Shown piece by piece: positions 38,976 through 51,727 of a DNA stretch of 64,000 nucleotides. Every line of letters starts with the position of its first letter. Positions within the stretch are counted from its first letter, which is position 1. Origin of the DNA: Callorhinchus milii (Eukaryota). The position numbers and the translations under genes were made by a program. Under the pieces are notes generated by a model. That model was given only the letters and a program-made list of their open reading frames with translations, ran no database searches and was not told the DNA's origin. The stretch lies in contig NW_024704743.1 of assembly GCF_018977255.1 (NCBI RefSeq), positions 39,000,001 through 39,064,000 of the forward strand, given 5' to 3'.

Positions 38976-39684
38976 CTGTAACAAGGAAAAACGTGCAGGT
39001 CAAACACTTCAAGGATTGCAAAAGTAAGGAATAGTTTTAATGCTGAGTTTATATTGCATGCTCAGGAGTGAATTATATGCAGTATAAGTGGGAATTCAGC
39101 CAGTATCAATCAAATTGGAGCCTTGCTTCTGAAACCATCTGGAGGAGTGGTAACGGGAAAGTGTGATTTGCAAACGCATGATATAAAAGCAAAGGAACCA
39201 AATTGCACTGAGATGATTTCCGGAGGTCCTTTCTAAGATAGCCAGCCAGTCAGTGCACAGATGCATTGAACAGCAAAATTGTTTTAGGGTCCTTCCAGCC
39301 CAGTTGAGCTTCTCACTTCACATCCCTATTGTGCCTTTCACTCTCAGTAGTAATAGAAGTATAAAAGTCAAACAGATTTTTTTCAAATCCTTCCTAAAAC
39401 CCCCTCCAATCTAAGGGCAAATGAACCTGGCATTCACTTGTGTTCTTGCTGGCAGCTGGTTACAGAACAAATACAACCGGCCTGGAAAGGTCACCTTCGT
39501 CAAGTCAATGGGGCCAGGAAGGGGTGATCAGGAAGAATGCTTGTGAGCAGAACATTGGGTGTATTTATGCAAGTAAAGGGAAGACAATAGAGAAGGAATT
39601 TGGGAAGGATAATAATAATAATACTTGCATTTGACATAGCACCTTATCACGTCGTTGATATGTATTAAAGTGCTCCATTGGCTC

Positions 39685-40113
39685 TCTATCTTTCAGAGGA
39701 TCCAGTTCAAGATCCTGGTCCTCACATACAAAGCCCTCCATGGCCTCGTCCCACCCTACCTCTGAGACCTCCTAACCCCCTACCAACCCGCCCGTTCCCT
39801 CCGCTCAGCCGGCTCCGGCCTGCTCCACGTCCCCCGCCCCACCCGCCCCACCATTGGCGGGAGAGCCTTTAGCCACTCTGCCCCCAACCTTTGGAATTCC
39901 ATCCCCCATTCACTCCGCCTCGCCCCCTCCTTAGTCTCCTTCAAGTCCTTCCTCAAGACCCTCCTCTTCGACATGCCATCGGTCACCCCCTTCTCCTCCC
40001 ACCCCTTACCCCCCCCCAACCCCAGCTCGGGTCTGAAATGCTGTACTCTGTCCAGCGCCTTGGGACATCCTCCCAACGTGAAAGACGCTATACAAATGCA
40101 ATGTTGTTGTTGT
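39685..40113 (+). mobile_element. L2 LINE 3' fragment with intact tail
   Basis: TTCAAGATCCTGGTCCTCACATACAAAGCCCTCCATGGCCTCG...; tail GCGCCTTGGGACATCCTCCCAACGTGAAAGACGCTATACAAATGC followed by (TTG)n. Confidence 0.85.
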
Positions 40114-40480
40114 TCCTTCACAATTATTTTTAAGGATTAATTGTAATCAATTAATTAATTTTATTTCATTAAATTTGAAACAATTTTAAGGATGAGATAA
40201 AATGGGCTGAAGGGCTCCTTCATTCAAACCTTTCTTGTAATCTTTGGAAAGAATGAACTATTGATCCAGAGCAACAAAGACAGGTTACACCTGCCCAATC
40301 TCCTGTTTGGGGAACAGCCCATTGCTGAAGGGAAATCTAAACAGCAGAACCTATTTCACAAAACTGGGGGAAAGTGGAGAATCAGAATGGGGTGGAGGAA
40401 ACACAAAGAAACAGAGAAAACTAGGCTTATAGCAATATATCATTGTAGCACATGAATAAAAATAGCTTTGATTACTATAC

Positions 40481-40627
40481 CTCAAAGTTTTCAAATCCAA
40501 ATATATCAAGAACGCCTACAGACTTGAAATCCTCCTTTCCTTTTACTCTGCTGTTGATTTTTCCAATGATCCATGCAAAACATTGGGAGTAAAGTGCCAT
40601 GGCCATTGAATCCCGAGAATCTACTGC
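40481..40627 (-). CDS. MYO10: MYO10 exon 12 (AVDSRDSMAMALYSQCF...LDIFGFENFE; switch II)
   Basis: 147 nt; CAG| ... |GTATA; phase 0-0. Confidence 0.95.
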
Positions 40628-42155
40628 CTGTGGAGAGGAAACCCACACTGAAATTTCACATTGCTGAATCTTGTTGTGCTCATCCAACCCTTGGGTAATA
40701 CTGTCTCAGATTCATTGATTCTCCAGTTCAGATACATTCATACAACTCCAATGTATATGCAGGACGTTGTGCAAACAATAAAGAGATACCAGTTAATTTA
40801 TTAACAGCAACGTAATATTCTCTCTACATCCCTGCCTCTCCCCACATAATCATGGTATCAACCTTTCCCTGTATGAAATATTTAACACAGGAACCACATT
40901 GAATTTCTGAGTCTTTACATCACACAATAATAGTAATAATAATCCTTGCATTTGATATAAGCACTCTGAGACGCTACCCTGCGTGGAGGGCACTATATAA
41001 GTGCAAGTTGTTGTTATCACATCTTTGAGATATCTCAAAACTTTTCACAGAATATACTGTAGAGTGTATAATACACACAAGATATGGCTCTGCTAAAAGA
41101 GTCCGGTAAATATGCTATCTCCTGTCTCTCAGTAGTGTGTGTTGGAGATCCAGAGAGGGAGTAACTAAAGATATAATCCAGCCTTGTTTACTATATGAGG
41201 AATATGTCAAAAAACACAAGTCTGAACCAGGTCTCAGAACACATTGCAAGAAGTAGCTGAATTCTGTATGTATATGTATCAAGTTGAGAATCTCTTAATC
41301 TATTTTATAAAGAACTTTGCCCCAGGATCCACATCTCCGTCATATTCATGCACTTGTTCAGACTTTGCCGTTGGCTCACTGCTACAGCAGTGCTTCATTT
41401 ATCAAAGCTGTTAACTGTCTTTCCATCATGAATTAAAACCATTCAAAAAGGAATAAAAGCAATGAATGTAACTTCATACCAAAGTTGTTGTAAGAGCCAG
41501 ATCTTACCCAGGCCACAGAAAGCAGAGTGAGATGTTTTGGAAGTCACACCATCTGTGACTGAGGCTTGCTGGATTACAAGTTGTTGGGTCGTTTGTATGC
41601 ATACAAAAGGACTGGGATATTACAGCATGTTAGAAGCACTCTGTTCTACAGTGCTGCCAATGGCAATGACTGGCCCATCTGTTTAGAACATTGTTCTTCA
41701 ACGTGTGTTTCATCAGAGCTAGTATTCAGACAAACATTTAATGTGGCTTTTTAAAATAAAAAGGCAAAGTGTAGTGTTCAAACACTAAGTTATAACAATG
41801 ATCAGCTGTACAGGATTAATGTTTCCTCCTCCCAGCCATACATGTTGGCTAAATAATTGATGTTGTTAGTACTTCATCATGAAATTCTTTCCATCGTAAC
41901 TGCAATTATTCGCTGTTCCTCTGCAATTCCCTTCCCAAAAGTTCAAAACTGTGCAGGGAACAAGAAGCTCAGACAGTCCTGAATTGGAAGATATTCTTCA
42001 TTTTCCAGATGATAGTATAAAATCTCACATTAGTTTTGATGAATAACAAAGCAGCATTTTAAAAAAAGGTTGATATTTTGCAAAGTGTAATCCAGGCTTT
42101 ACATTTGCTAGCCTGCCTGAGGTTATTGTTAACAACTACAAGCATCCGGTCTTAC

Positions 42156-42274
42156 CTGCTCCACTGTGAGTGGTGTACTGATCTCTTCACCCCTGAGAAT
42201 CATAGACCGGTGAGTCAGCACCTCCGTGAGCTGCACTGAATCCAGCCCAAGCAACTCTGATGCCTTCCCCAATG
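42156..42274 (-). CDS. MYO10: MYO10 exon 11 (LGKASELLGLDSVQLTEVLTHRSMILRGEEISTPLTVEQ)
   Basis: 119 nt; CAG| ... |GTAAG; phase 1-0. Confidence 0.95.
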
Positions 42275-43150
42275 CTGAAAAAAACATTGCATAGTTCACT
42301 AAAGTGGCTTCATACACAACAGCACCACTTTGCATATACAACCCCGTTTTTAATCAGTAATAATAATCCTTGCATTTGATATAACGCCTTATCAAGTTTT
42401 CTAGATGTCTCAAAGCGCTTCACAATATACTGTAAATATACTGTAAAGTAAATTGACTGTATATTTTGTGGGCGAAACGAGGCAACCAATTATATCTATA
42501 ATTGAAACGGTAACTATTTGTGAAGAAAGATTATGTTTAGATCAGAATACTGCAGAAAGTGGAAATGGATGGAAAGCATAATGGTTACTAAGGTTGAGCA
42601 CCTGAGCCAGATTTTAACATTTTTGTCAATTTTAACATCCCCGTCCTCAGCTCCAAATGCCCCCTTGTCCTTGCACCATTTGGTCTATCTCTGTGATCTC
42701 TTCTGACCCTACTTTCCCTGCCACTCCTCCCACTCTTGTCATTCCTGCCTGCTTCATGCATTCCATTAGCTCTGACCCAAATTCGTTTGATGAGCTTTGC
42801 ACCCCCCCCTGCTCTGGAACACTCTCTGAAAATTCTTCCACCTCTCCCCTACCCACTCCTGCTTCAAATTACGCTGGGTGGAGGGAAGGGGGGGAGATCG
42901 TTCATGTTCAATACTTATCAAATATATTATGGACATTTTAAAGTACATTTTTAGCCTGATATTGCAGATGAGGTTTGATTAACTGCTCATACAGCAACAA
43001 TAATACCTTTTTCGTGAAAGAACTTTACATTGTTTGACAGTCACTGTACTCAAGCCACCTATAGTCGCAACAAGTGTTTTACCACACCAACTCTCACAGT
43101 GAGAGTTTTGTTATTTTTCTGGTACTAATGAAAAACATTTGCACATTCAC

Positions 43151-43280
43151 CTGTTTTGGAGGAGAGGTGTGCCCCACCAGCCGTTATAAAGTCAATATTT
43201 CCAAGCTGTAGGACACCAGCGAGTAGTTTCAGCACCTCTCGAGTCTCTTCAGTTTTGAACTTCATCACTCTCATGGCAGT
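43151..43280 (-). CDS. MYO10: MYO10 exon 10 (TAMRVMKFKTEETREVLKLLAGVLQLGNIDFITAGGAHLSSKT)
   Basis: 130 nt; TAG| ... |GTGAA; phase 0-1; read manually. Confidence 0.94.
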
Positions 43281-44462
43281 CTAGACATGTGGGTGAAATA
43301 TGCTGGTCAGCAAAACAACATTCAACTTGGTCAGGTTAGGGCGAAATTTCACCCATTCAAATCAGTAAATATTTACACATTGTCCGATGAGTTGTGTAAA
43401 CAAATCATTGTGTAAAACTGTGGAACACTCTTCCAAAATCCTTCCGCCTTGCCCCCTCTCTCCCTTTTTTCAAGTCCTGCTGGAAAAGCTTCCTAAGGAG
43501 GCCTGAAATTGCATCTAGTTTTAGCCTGCAAGATCATTTTGTCTCAAAATTATAATAATCCTTGCATTTGATATAGCATTTTATCACATGGTCAAGACAT
43601 CTCAAAGCGCTATGCAGGGTATATTGTAAAGTGGGCTGACTGTGTATTTTGTAGGCAAAACATGGCAGCCGGTTTGTGCACAACAATGTCCCACAAATAG
43701 CCTTAATCTTTCCTAATCTTGGAAAAAAATGTGGTCCCTGCATGCAATTGGCTCTCACGTTTCGCCCACAATATACACAGGCAACCCACTTTAAAATATA
43801 TTCTTTGAAGCCCTTTGAGACATTTCAACGACATGATCAGATGCTATATCAAATGCAACGATTATTATTATTATCATTATCATTATACTATATCAGTTTT
43901 TTGGGGGGGGATTGTTTGCCAGGTCATCAGAAGAAAGAAACTCTCTTCTCATTAGATCTTTAACATTCACCTGAACTGCCAGACGGAATCTCAGTTTAAC
44001 ATCTCATCCGAGAGACTGTGCCTCCAACCATGAAACACACCCTCAGCACTAGAGTGTCAGTTTAGACTTTGTGAATCCAAGACTCAATGTGAAGCTTGAA
44101 CCCACAACTTACCGACTCAGAGGCGAGAGTGCTACCACTGACTGACAGGATCAGTTACAATTGCAAGATTGTGCAGAATTGTGACAAATTCTTAAATTCA
44201 GTCTAGATTTAGAAGCTTGTTTTCCACAGGTCTTAAAAAGAGATCAGCTTCGAAATTAAGACTGAATTTTTAGAATTTGCCACAAATCAAGAAATAGTTT
44301 ATAGGTTAAGACCAAGTGAATTTTCAAGCCACATGTATCCAGAAAGGTACTCCGAAGAAAGCCAGGTAATTATATTTAACATTTGCATTTCTATTACAAA
44401 TGGCTATAAATAGTCAGGTTAAAAGGGACTGGTGTTCTCATCTAGAATCCACCATAACTTAC

Positions 44463-44566
44463 AGTGACATCCTGAAAGGTTTGCTGATCATCAATAGTTC
44501 TATCTCCAATACATCCAGACTGTCTCAAGTAATGGTAATTCTGCGCTGGTGATAAATGATACATCT
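44463..44566 (-). CDS. MYO10: MYO10 exon 9 (EMYHLSPAQNYHYLRQSGCIGDRTIDDQQTFQDVT)
   Basis: 104 nt; CAG| ... |GTAAG; phase 1-0. Confidence 0.94.
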
Positions 44567-44634
44567 CTGTAGAATAAAAGGTGGCATGTGTTAAACCATT
44601 TTTTAAAATGACATTAGAAATGATTACCTTTAGC

Positions 44635-44790
44635 TCCCTCGATAGCTCAGTTGTGGAAACCACCGACAAATGTGAAACTAAGCCATACACATCGGGAAAG
44701 GTCATAGGTACAATTACTGTCTGTGCTGAGTTAGCTGAACTCAGCTAGGAATATTTGGGAGTACTACTCTTAACTTTAGCATCACTGGGC
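44635..44790 (+). mobile_element. Ancient SINE fragment, family uncertain
   Basis: GATAGCTCAGTTG...GTCTGTGCTGAGTTAGCTGA; related diverged segments near 32040-32230 and 47495-47850. Confidence 0.45.
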
Positions 44791-45329
44791 TAAGAAGGGA
44801 ATAAATAAGTTACAATCTGATATACTGAAATGTCAAAATCGTGTTTATAAACAGAGCAAACATATTCAGAAAGGTGGGCAGTCAATTTGATGAGACTGTA
44901 GTGTGAGCAGTGATTACAGTAAACAAGATTGGAGAAGATGCATATGAATTTCTGTATGAGATGCAACAAGGTATTTAGGGCCACACACAAACACTGGAAA
45001 AAGCAAAGTGACAGGCTTTGCATTCAACTGAGTTGTAAAAGGAAATACTTGGAGAAGAGAAGTCAGTAGTGAGGATGATGGAAAAGTACATCAAAATTAT
45101 ATATCCTGTATGTTCTTAATGAGGGGAGGGAAGGGAAAGATGCATCTGGTGTTGGGATTGTGTTGCAAATGAGTGGATCCAGTCACTAAACTATCAGAGA
45201 AATATCCGTGCAAGTGTCTGTGCGGACACTATTAGAAGTGAACATAGTGGCCGGTGATAGCTGGCGGGGGATGTTTTACAAATGTTATCTATTATCTTTC
45301 TCTCTGCAAGAAATTGGTTTGTGCCTTAC

Positions 45330-45414
45330 CTTTCTGCTCTTCATCTGTTCCAGCCAGCAATGCATAAAAAATGTGATAATTTCTCTCCCCAGGGTTCTGT
45401 CTGACTACACGGTT
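45330..45414 (-). CDS. MYO10: MYO10 exon 8 (NRVVRQNPGERNYHIFYALLAGTDEEQK)
   Basis: 85 nt; TAG| ... |GTAAG; ERNYHIFY motif; phase 0-1. Confidence 0.95.
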
Positions 45415-45553
45415 CTACAGCAAAGTAAAGAACACATTCATATGTTTTGAATACTGGCAAACCCCAGAATTAGTGAGAAGCATTTTGTGAATGGGAGAAA
45501 AACATACTTATGTAAGAAGAATAGCAAATGCACAAAGCTTGAAATATTCTTAC

Positions 45554-45567
45554 CTTTTCTAGTAAAT
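45554..45567 (-). CDS. MYO10: MYO10 exon 7, 14-nt microexon (YLLEK)
   Basis: TAG|ATTTACTAGAAAAG|GTAAG; supplies the conserved myosin YLLEK motif and restores the frame (phase 1-0). Confidence 0.92.
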
Positions 45568-46281
45568 CTATAGTTAAAATGATCAGTCAAGAAAAATTGT
45601 GTAATGTAACTTTTATAAAAATAAAACAATCAAGGTAACACTCGAAATATTTAAAATTCAGCCTACTAGCTACAATAAATAGTCTTTAGAAGATGTCAAG
45701 ATTTCTTCCATGTCTCTCCAAATACAACACCAAATTGGAATATTGCAATATCTTGACACCATTGTAAATATATATTTCAAGTTTATCTATTTTTATTTTT
45801 GGTGAAATTTCTACCACTTGAGGTGATGAATGGGGAACATTCTCATTGGCAGACACCCAGTGCTCTGCGCTATCAAAGTGCCTCAGCTCCAACCTCAGAG
45901 GAACAAGCGCTACTGCACCTGTGTAACATTTTCCCACATCTATCCTGTAGCCCTCTTGACTGAAACTGATATGTAATGTCAAATTAAGGTAATTTTGGGT
46001 GGAGCGGTAAGTCAAGACTGGCTAAACTAATTTTGCAATAGGCAGATGCACTTTCATGCAATTGCTCTTTGCTGGATTCTAACGCAGGTCCCAGAGGGGA
46101 CTGATGTCAATACACTGACATCCTGTTCTCCAACATGTCCATATTCTGTTCTCATTATGCTTCAGAATGGCTCTTCATTCTTTTTATGGATTGTTTAAGA
46201 AAACAAATTATCGCAAATAACCATTGGACGCTGCTGCCAGTGTCTTGTGTGCACTGTGATGTGTGACATGCGAAAGGATAC
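45568..46281 (-). other. U12-type (minor spliceosome) GT-AG intron, MYO10 intron 6
   Basis: 5' splice site GTATCCTTT (46273-46281); branch-like TTTCTTGAC (45586-45594) with its A about 20 nt from the acceptor; no typical pyrimidine tract. Confidence 0.85.
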
Positions 46282-46406
46282 AATCTATGATTCTGCCTCC
46301 CTGAATGTTGCCCTTCTTACAGAAGTTCAACTGAATGAACTTCCCAAAGCGACTGGAGTTGTTGTTGTACACAGTCTTTGCATTGCCAAAGGCTTCCATG
46401 ATGGGG
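46282..46406 (-). CDS. MYO10: MYO10 exon 6 ([41 protein letters not shown]; switch I)
   Basis: 125 nt; CAG| ... |GTATCCTTT; phase 2-1. Confidence 0.96.
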
Positions 46407-46551
46407 CTGTTGGTTTAAAGGAAAAACAAGATTACAGGAAAGAAATGTATGGGAGTACAAGTTGAAATGATCACTATAATTTCTTGTACAAATGAAAATG
46501 AAGAAATTGCTCTATTTAATCATGTTGATGGTGAAGTGGCATAAGAAACTC

Positions 46552-46875
46552 ATAATAATAATAATAATAATCCTTGCATTTGATATAGTGCTTTTCACGT
46601 CGGGAGGACGTCCCAAAGCGCTTCACAGAACACACTGTAAAGTGAACTGACTGTATATTTGTGGGCGAACGCGGCAGCCAATTGCGCACAGCAATGTCCC
46701 ACAAACAGTCGTAGATTGAAAATGACCAATTTATTATTGTTTTTGGTTTTGGAGGGATTATTATTAGGCTCTGTGTGGAGTAAGGAAACTTGCCCAAGGT
46801 TTCGCCCTGCCTGGAATTGAACTCAGGTCTCTCGCTTGCAAAGCGAGTGCTCTAACCACTGAGCTACAGGACTCC
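46552..46875 (-). mobile_element. tRNA-derived SINE, short form, full length
   Basis: Same family as 21906-22227; (ATT)n tail. Confidence 0.9.
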
Positions 46876-48101
46876 ACAATATCAGCTCCATGCACAAACT
46901 CACAGGTCCATGATATGGCCTGGACTTGGTGTTGAGCCGGTAGTCGGACATTTTAATACCCTCTGAAGACCCACCTTAGTGAGCTAGAGCTGGGAACGAA
47001 CAAAGTGTAGTAACAAATCTCCAACTGAGGGGGGGAGTAAGGAATGGTAATGGGCAATGAGAAACATTGCAGTTAAAATACCTACTGGTAAGGAATGTGC
47101 CACATGAGTCTGTAAAATCCTCATTTAACAAGCATAATTCTCAATTTTTCATATTGAAATGAATATAATAATAATCCTTGCATTTGATATAGCACTTTTC
47201 ACATCTTCTCGACGCCTCAAAGCGCTTCACAGAATAGACTGTAAAGTATATATAATATAAATAATATATTATAAATAATAAATAATATAATATAAAATAT
47301 AAAAAAAGATAATAATAAATGAAGGTGAGAAAGTTTTTAACTCAGAGCCACGCACTGCCTCCATGAATACTTTGAATTGGGCCATCGTGCAGCAGTGGCA
47401 CGTTTAATCTCTGTGATGAGGTGAACAAGAAAAACCTGACAAGAGCCGAGAAGAATCAATCGGAAAGCAGCACATAGAGCTCTCTAAATAGCCAAGGGGT
47501 TAAACAGCCATTTGGTGCTGGACTGAGCCATGCAGTTAACGGGAGTTCCAGGATCGATCTCTAATCTCAGGCTTGATGGTGATGGAAGGACTGCAATAGG
47601 TCTCAATACACATGGTCTAGGAAGGGAGAAAATTGTTGCTACGGTTCCGACTCCCAAGTGCTAGCCCGGAAGCATCCCCTCCTTCCCAGTGGAAATGCAC
47701 CCTCGGCAAGGTCCACGTGGCTATGAGACAAAACTCAATGACCAGGTTCATTCATAAAGAATGGGTGATGTCCTGAATGATTTCTGGGGCCCAGTCAACG
47801 TATCTGGCTCAAGAGATCACCTTCACAGGAGTAGGAGAGGGTGGGGGAATAAATAGAGTCCCGGGAGAAAGGAGTATTGATGGAGAACTATGGAAACTAT
47901 ACAACCTACATTATTCAATCCTCCTGGCTGAAGAAGAGTAAGACATAAGGAGGCAGCAAAGATGAAACGATTAGCCAGCAAATGGAAGCACAGTTCATAT
48001 CACTATTTCAATACATGTAGTGAAGTGTAGTTAGGATCCACAATCTTAAAAAAAATTGTTCTTTGTTTATTACATAGCAGAAACTTCAGAAGACTTCTCA
48101 C

Positions 48102-48236
48102 CTGCTTTCTAAAATAGCCTGTTCAACGTAAGAGGTCTTTTCCTTCGCTGTAGCTTCAAGTGAATGTTGGCTCATTGCTGATAAGAACTTCAGGATAAGT
48201 TTTGTGCTCTCTGTTTTCCCAGCACCGCTTTCTCCA
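48102..48236 (-). CDS. MYO10: MYO10 exon 5 (GESGAGKTESTKLILKFLSAMSQHSLEATAKEKTSYVEQAILES; P-loop)
   Basis: 135 nt; CAG| ... |GTGAG; phase 2-2; read manually. Confidence 0.96.
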
Positions 48237-48474
48237 CTGGAGGTAGAACAGAACAAAGCAGACATATGAAGCTGACATCAAGACAGCAATGCTTATTAAA
48301 CTGTTACAGTAGAACAATGCTCATCTGCACACCAACTGTCCATATGTTAATTTATTACCAATGGGCTCAGATGCAGAAGTAAGCATAGAGCTGTGAAAAC
48401 TGCCTTAAAACGGATCAGTTTCACACATGCAAAAGAGGTTGCAAGTTGTTGTTGTTTGGGAACTCCCCCCAAAA

Positions 48475-48648
48475 TTCTGGATCCTTTCACATCTTCAAGA
48501 CTGAGGTGGATAGATATGTTAGGTCAGGGAATTAAGGGATAGGGGCAATGGCGGGTAATTGGACTTGAGATACAGATCAGCCATGATCTTATAGGTTGGC
48601 GGTACAAGCTTGAGAGGCTGAATGGCCTACTCCTGTTTCTATGTTTCT
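48475..48648 (+). mobile_element. CR1-type LINE 3' end fragment
   Basis: AGATCAGCCATGATCTTA...GGCTGAATGGCCTACTCCTGTTTCTATGTTTCTA, typical CR1 3' end. Confidence 0.75.
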
Positions 48649-49807
48649 ACAGCACTCCCCCAGCACTGCACTGGAGTGTCAGTGGCTCCAAGTCCTGATA
48701 TGGGGTTGAATGTCCTTCAGTTTTGAGGATTGCCAGGACCTTCTCACTCAGTCACTTTATTGACATCACTGATGGGCACATCCCAGGACTTCTCCATTTA
48801 TTTTGAAGGTGGAGGGACCTGAATAGATATCCAAAAGGAGTCATTTGCAGGGGTTTGGGGAAAAGACAGGCAAACGGGACTGTATGGATTGCTCTGTCAA
48901 AAAGCTGGCACAGACAGACACGATGGACCAAATGGCCTTCTGCTCTATAAAGTTCAACGAGAACTCTGGACTTCCCAGCCCTGGTACAGCAGGGTACCAG
49001 CGCGGTGCTGCTGAATGTTACTCACTGATGTACATTTCTGAGTTTGGGGGCTTCGGCTGGTCCAAAGTGGACAATTACTTTGAAATTAATGTAGTCACTT
49101 GAGAATGCTTTCTCCTCAGTCACATTACTGGAATGGAGGTGGCCAACAGCAACTCATGAAACTCAATATTATTTCAGTAGTGGCAAAAAAGTATTTAATA
49201 ATTCCATAATTTTTCAATTTAGATAGTGGGTTGAAAAAAGGACATTGAACTGAAAGTACCTCTCTTTCGCCTTTTTAATTGCAGTAACCATGTTGCAATC
49301 TTTAATTTTTTGGCACAAATATTTATGCATCAAAGAGAAAGGCACGCAGTCTGCCTTGCCAGCACAGTAAACAAGCAAAAAGAAAACCTAAAAAATGAAC
49401 TATAGGATGCCAAAAACAACAACTTCAAAGAATTTAAATGAATGGTCTCAATGTGCCATTAAGTTTAATGTGCTTTGCTTAAAATGGGAACCCTGGACAG
49501 CCCTGATAATGTAGGAAAGAAATGCAGTTTATAGACCCAGGAGCTCACTGGTTCAATCCTCGACTGCACTAAATTTACTGGTCTCTGAAAATTGGTCCCA
49601 AAGCGCACATTGCACAGGAAGTGACATCAATATCAACCCAGAGGGTGACCATTTTATAATGCCTTTTTGTAGCTCGGGGCCTGTGGCTAGCAAATTGGTC
49701 CCAGATGATAGTGTTTTAAAGGGATTGTCCTGGATTAATCAGGTTAATGCTCATCTTTCCCAAATGGAATATTGTTGAAATTTCTCAATTTTGTTCATTC
49801 ATTTTAA

Positions 49808-49997
49808 AACAACAAAATTGTATTGGACCTGAGCTGGGAGTCGGGATTGGGGAGGGTGGAGGGCAGTGGAGGAAAGAGGGTGATTGAAAGCATGGTTAAA
49901 GAGGAGGGTCTTGAAGGAGGCATGGGAGGGGGTGAAGCGGAGGGACTGGAGGATGGAGTTCCAGTGGGTGGGGGCAGAGTGGCAGAAGGCTCGCCTG
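49808..49997 (-). mobile_element. L2 LINE 3' fragment
   Basis: Homologous (reverse complement) to 39850-40040. Confidence 0.7.
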
Positions 49998-51355
49998 GCA
50001 AAAGAAATAAATGATCAGATTTTACCAATTAATGAAAAGAATCAATATAATGGGAATCATAAGTTTGTGTAATCTACTCCACATTTCCATTGTAACAACC
50101 AGCTGTATTATTTTATTGCACTTTTTTTAAATAGCACGCTCTCATCATATCAAGATTCAACTTGGAATTGAAGATCAGCAAAGCTTTGGCAATGCGAATG
50201 TTCCGCCTCCCAACAACTTGCACATATACATGTAAGAACTTTCACGTAGGATGAATCTCAAAATGATGGGAGAATCATCTAGCAAAGAGGAAAGCAAGAG
50301 TTTGAGGGTGTTGGCCAAAGTTGCATGTTTTTAAATATTTTCGGGAGGGGGTTGAAGACACTAAGAGAGGGGATTTGGGGAGTAGAGGCCAGAAAGTGGA
50401 GGACACAGTGGCTGAGGGCGAGTGGGCCACCCCCATTTGTGCATACATCATTTTAATCCACAAAGCACATTCTCACACGGCTTTTGAAGTTTAACAAACT
50501 CATCTTGTTTGCAAGCTCCAAGCTGTTCTAAAACGACAATGAAAAACCCTGCAACAGAAAGCAAGCCAGGAGTTCTTTTGTGCCCACTCAACCATTTGTC
50601 AGCTCTTAATTAACGCGAGAAGAGAATTGAAGAGAATTGAGTGAAATTCTAGAAACACACAAGAATCTTCGACCCAAAACAACTTACAGCCTAATTGAAA
50701 TCCTTTCATTCTCCACCACGTTTGATACATTTGTACAGCTGAGGTTACTGAGGTGCGTAATACACAAATCTTTCATTACCCTTTTCAAGCCTGAACTGCA
50801 AGGCTCAACAAATAGTGACGCGTTTCGTTAACATCCATCCATGGGAACCTTTTGCAGAGTGCAATATTCCACCCAGCACACCTCAAATCTGCAGGTCTGT
50901 AGTTGTTTTCTCTCACAAAATAAATCTCTTTAACAAGAGGTGCAACAGCATGCAGGAAAATATACTGACCCAACATGCTGCAAAATCACCCAAACTTGTT
51001 ACTTTACTGCCACCTTCTGGTATGTATTGCCTTGAACAGAGAAAAAGTAAATACAAGGCTGAAATAGTCCTGAGAAGGAAAACTCCAATCTGTCATTGCA
51101 ACCGGTTTAGCCGTTGAGCTTTGCACACTGACTTGAAAATGTTTGGTTTAACTTTTCAGTTACATACTTTAAGCAGGACCAACATTTAAGGACTTGTATC
51201 GTATATGTACTGTTCCATACATTGAGAAGCTGAAACGTTTAATAGAGTATTTCATAACAGAATCAGAATAAAGTTACATTAAAATTAGCAAATGTTTTGA
51301 AATTTAGGGAGTAAAGAAGTGTTGCCAGTGATTTTGTCAGATCATCTCATCATGT

Positions 51356-51727
51356 GGCGTCCTGTAATTTTGTGGTTTGAGCACTCGCCTCGCAAGCGAG
51401 AGAACCTCAAATTGATTCCCAGGAAGAGCAAAATGTTGGGCAAGTTTACTTACTCCACACGCCTCTGTTTACCTAGCACTGAGTGGGAACCCACTTGTTA
51501 GGTGATTGGTGGATCGTTTTCTGGAAATAATAATCCCTTAAAAAAATAATAATTTGGTAACTCAATCCACGACTGTTTGTGGGACACTGCTGTGCGAATT
51601 GGCTGCCATGTTTCGCCCACAAAATATATGGTCAGTTCACTTTACAGTATATTCTGTGAAGCACTTTAAGATGTCTAGAAGATGTAATAAGGCACTATAA
51701 CAAATGCAGGGATTATTATAATTATTA
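51356..51727 (+). mobile_element. tRNA-derived SINE, long form
   Basis: Same family as 24493-24899, opposite orientation. Confidence 0.85.
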
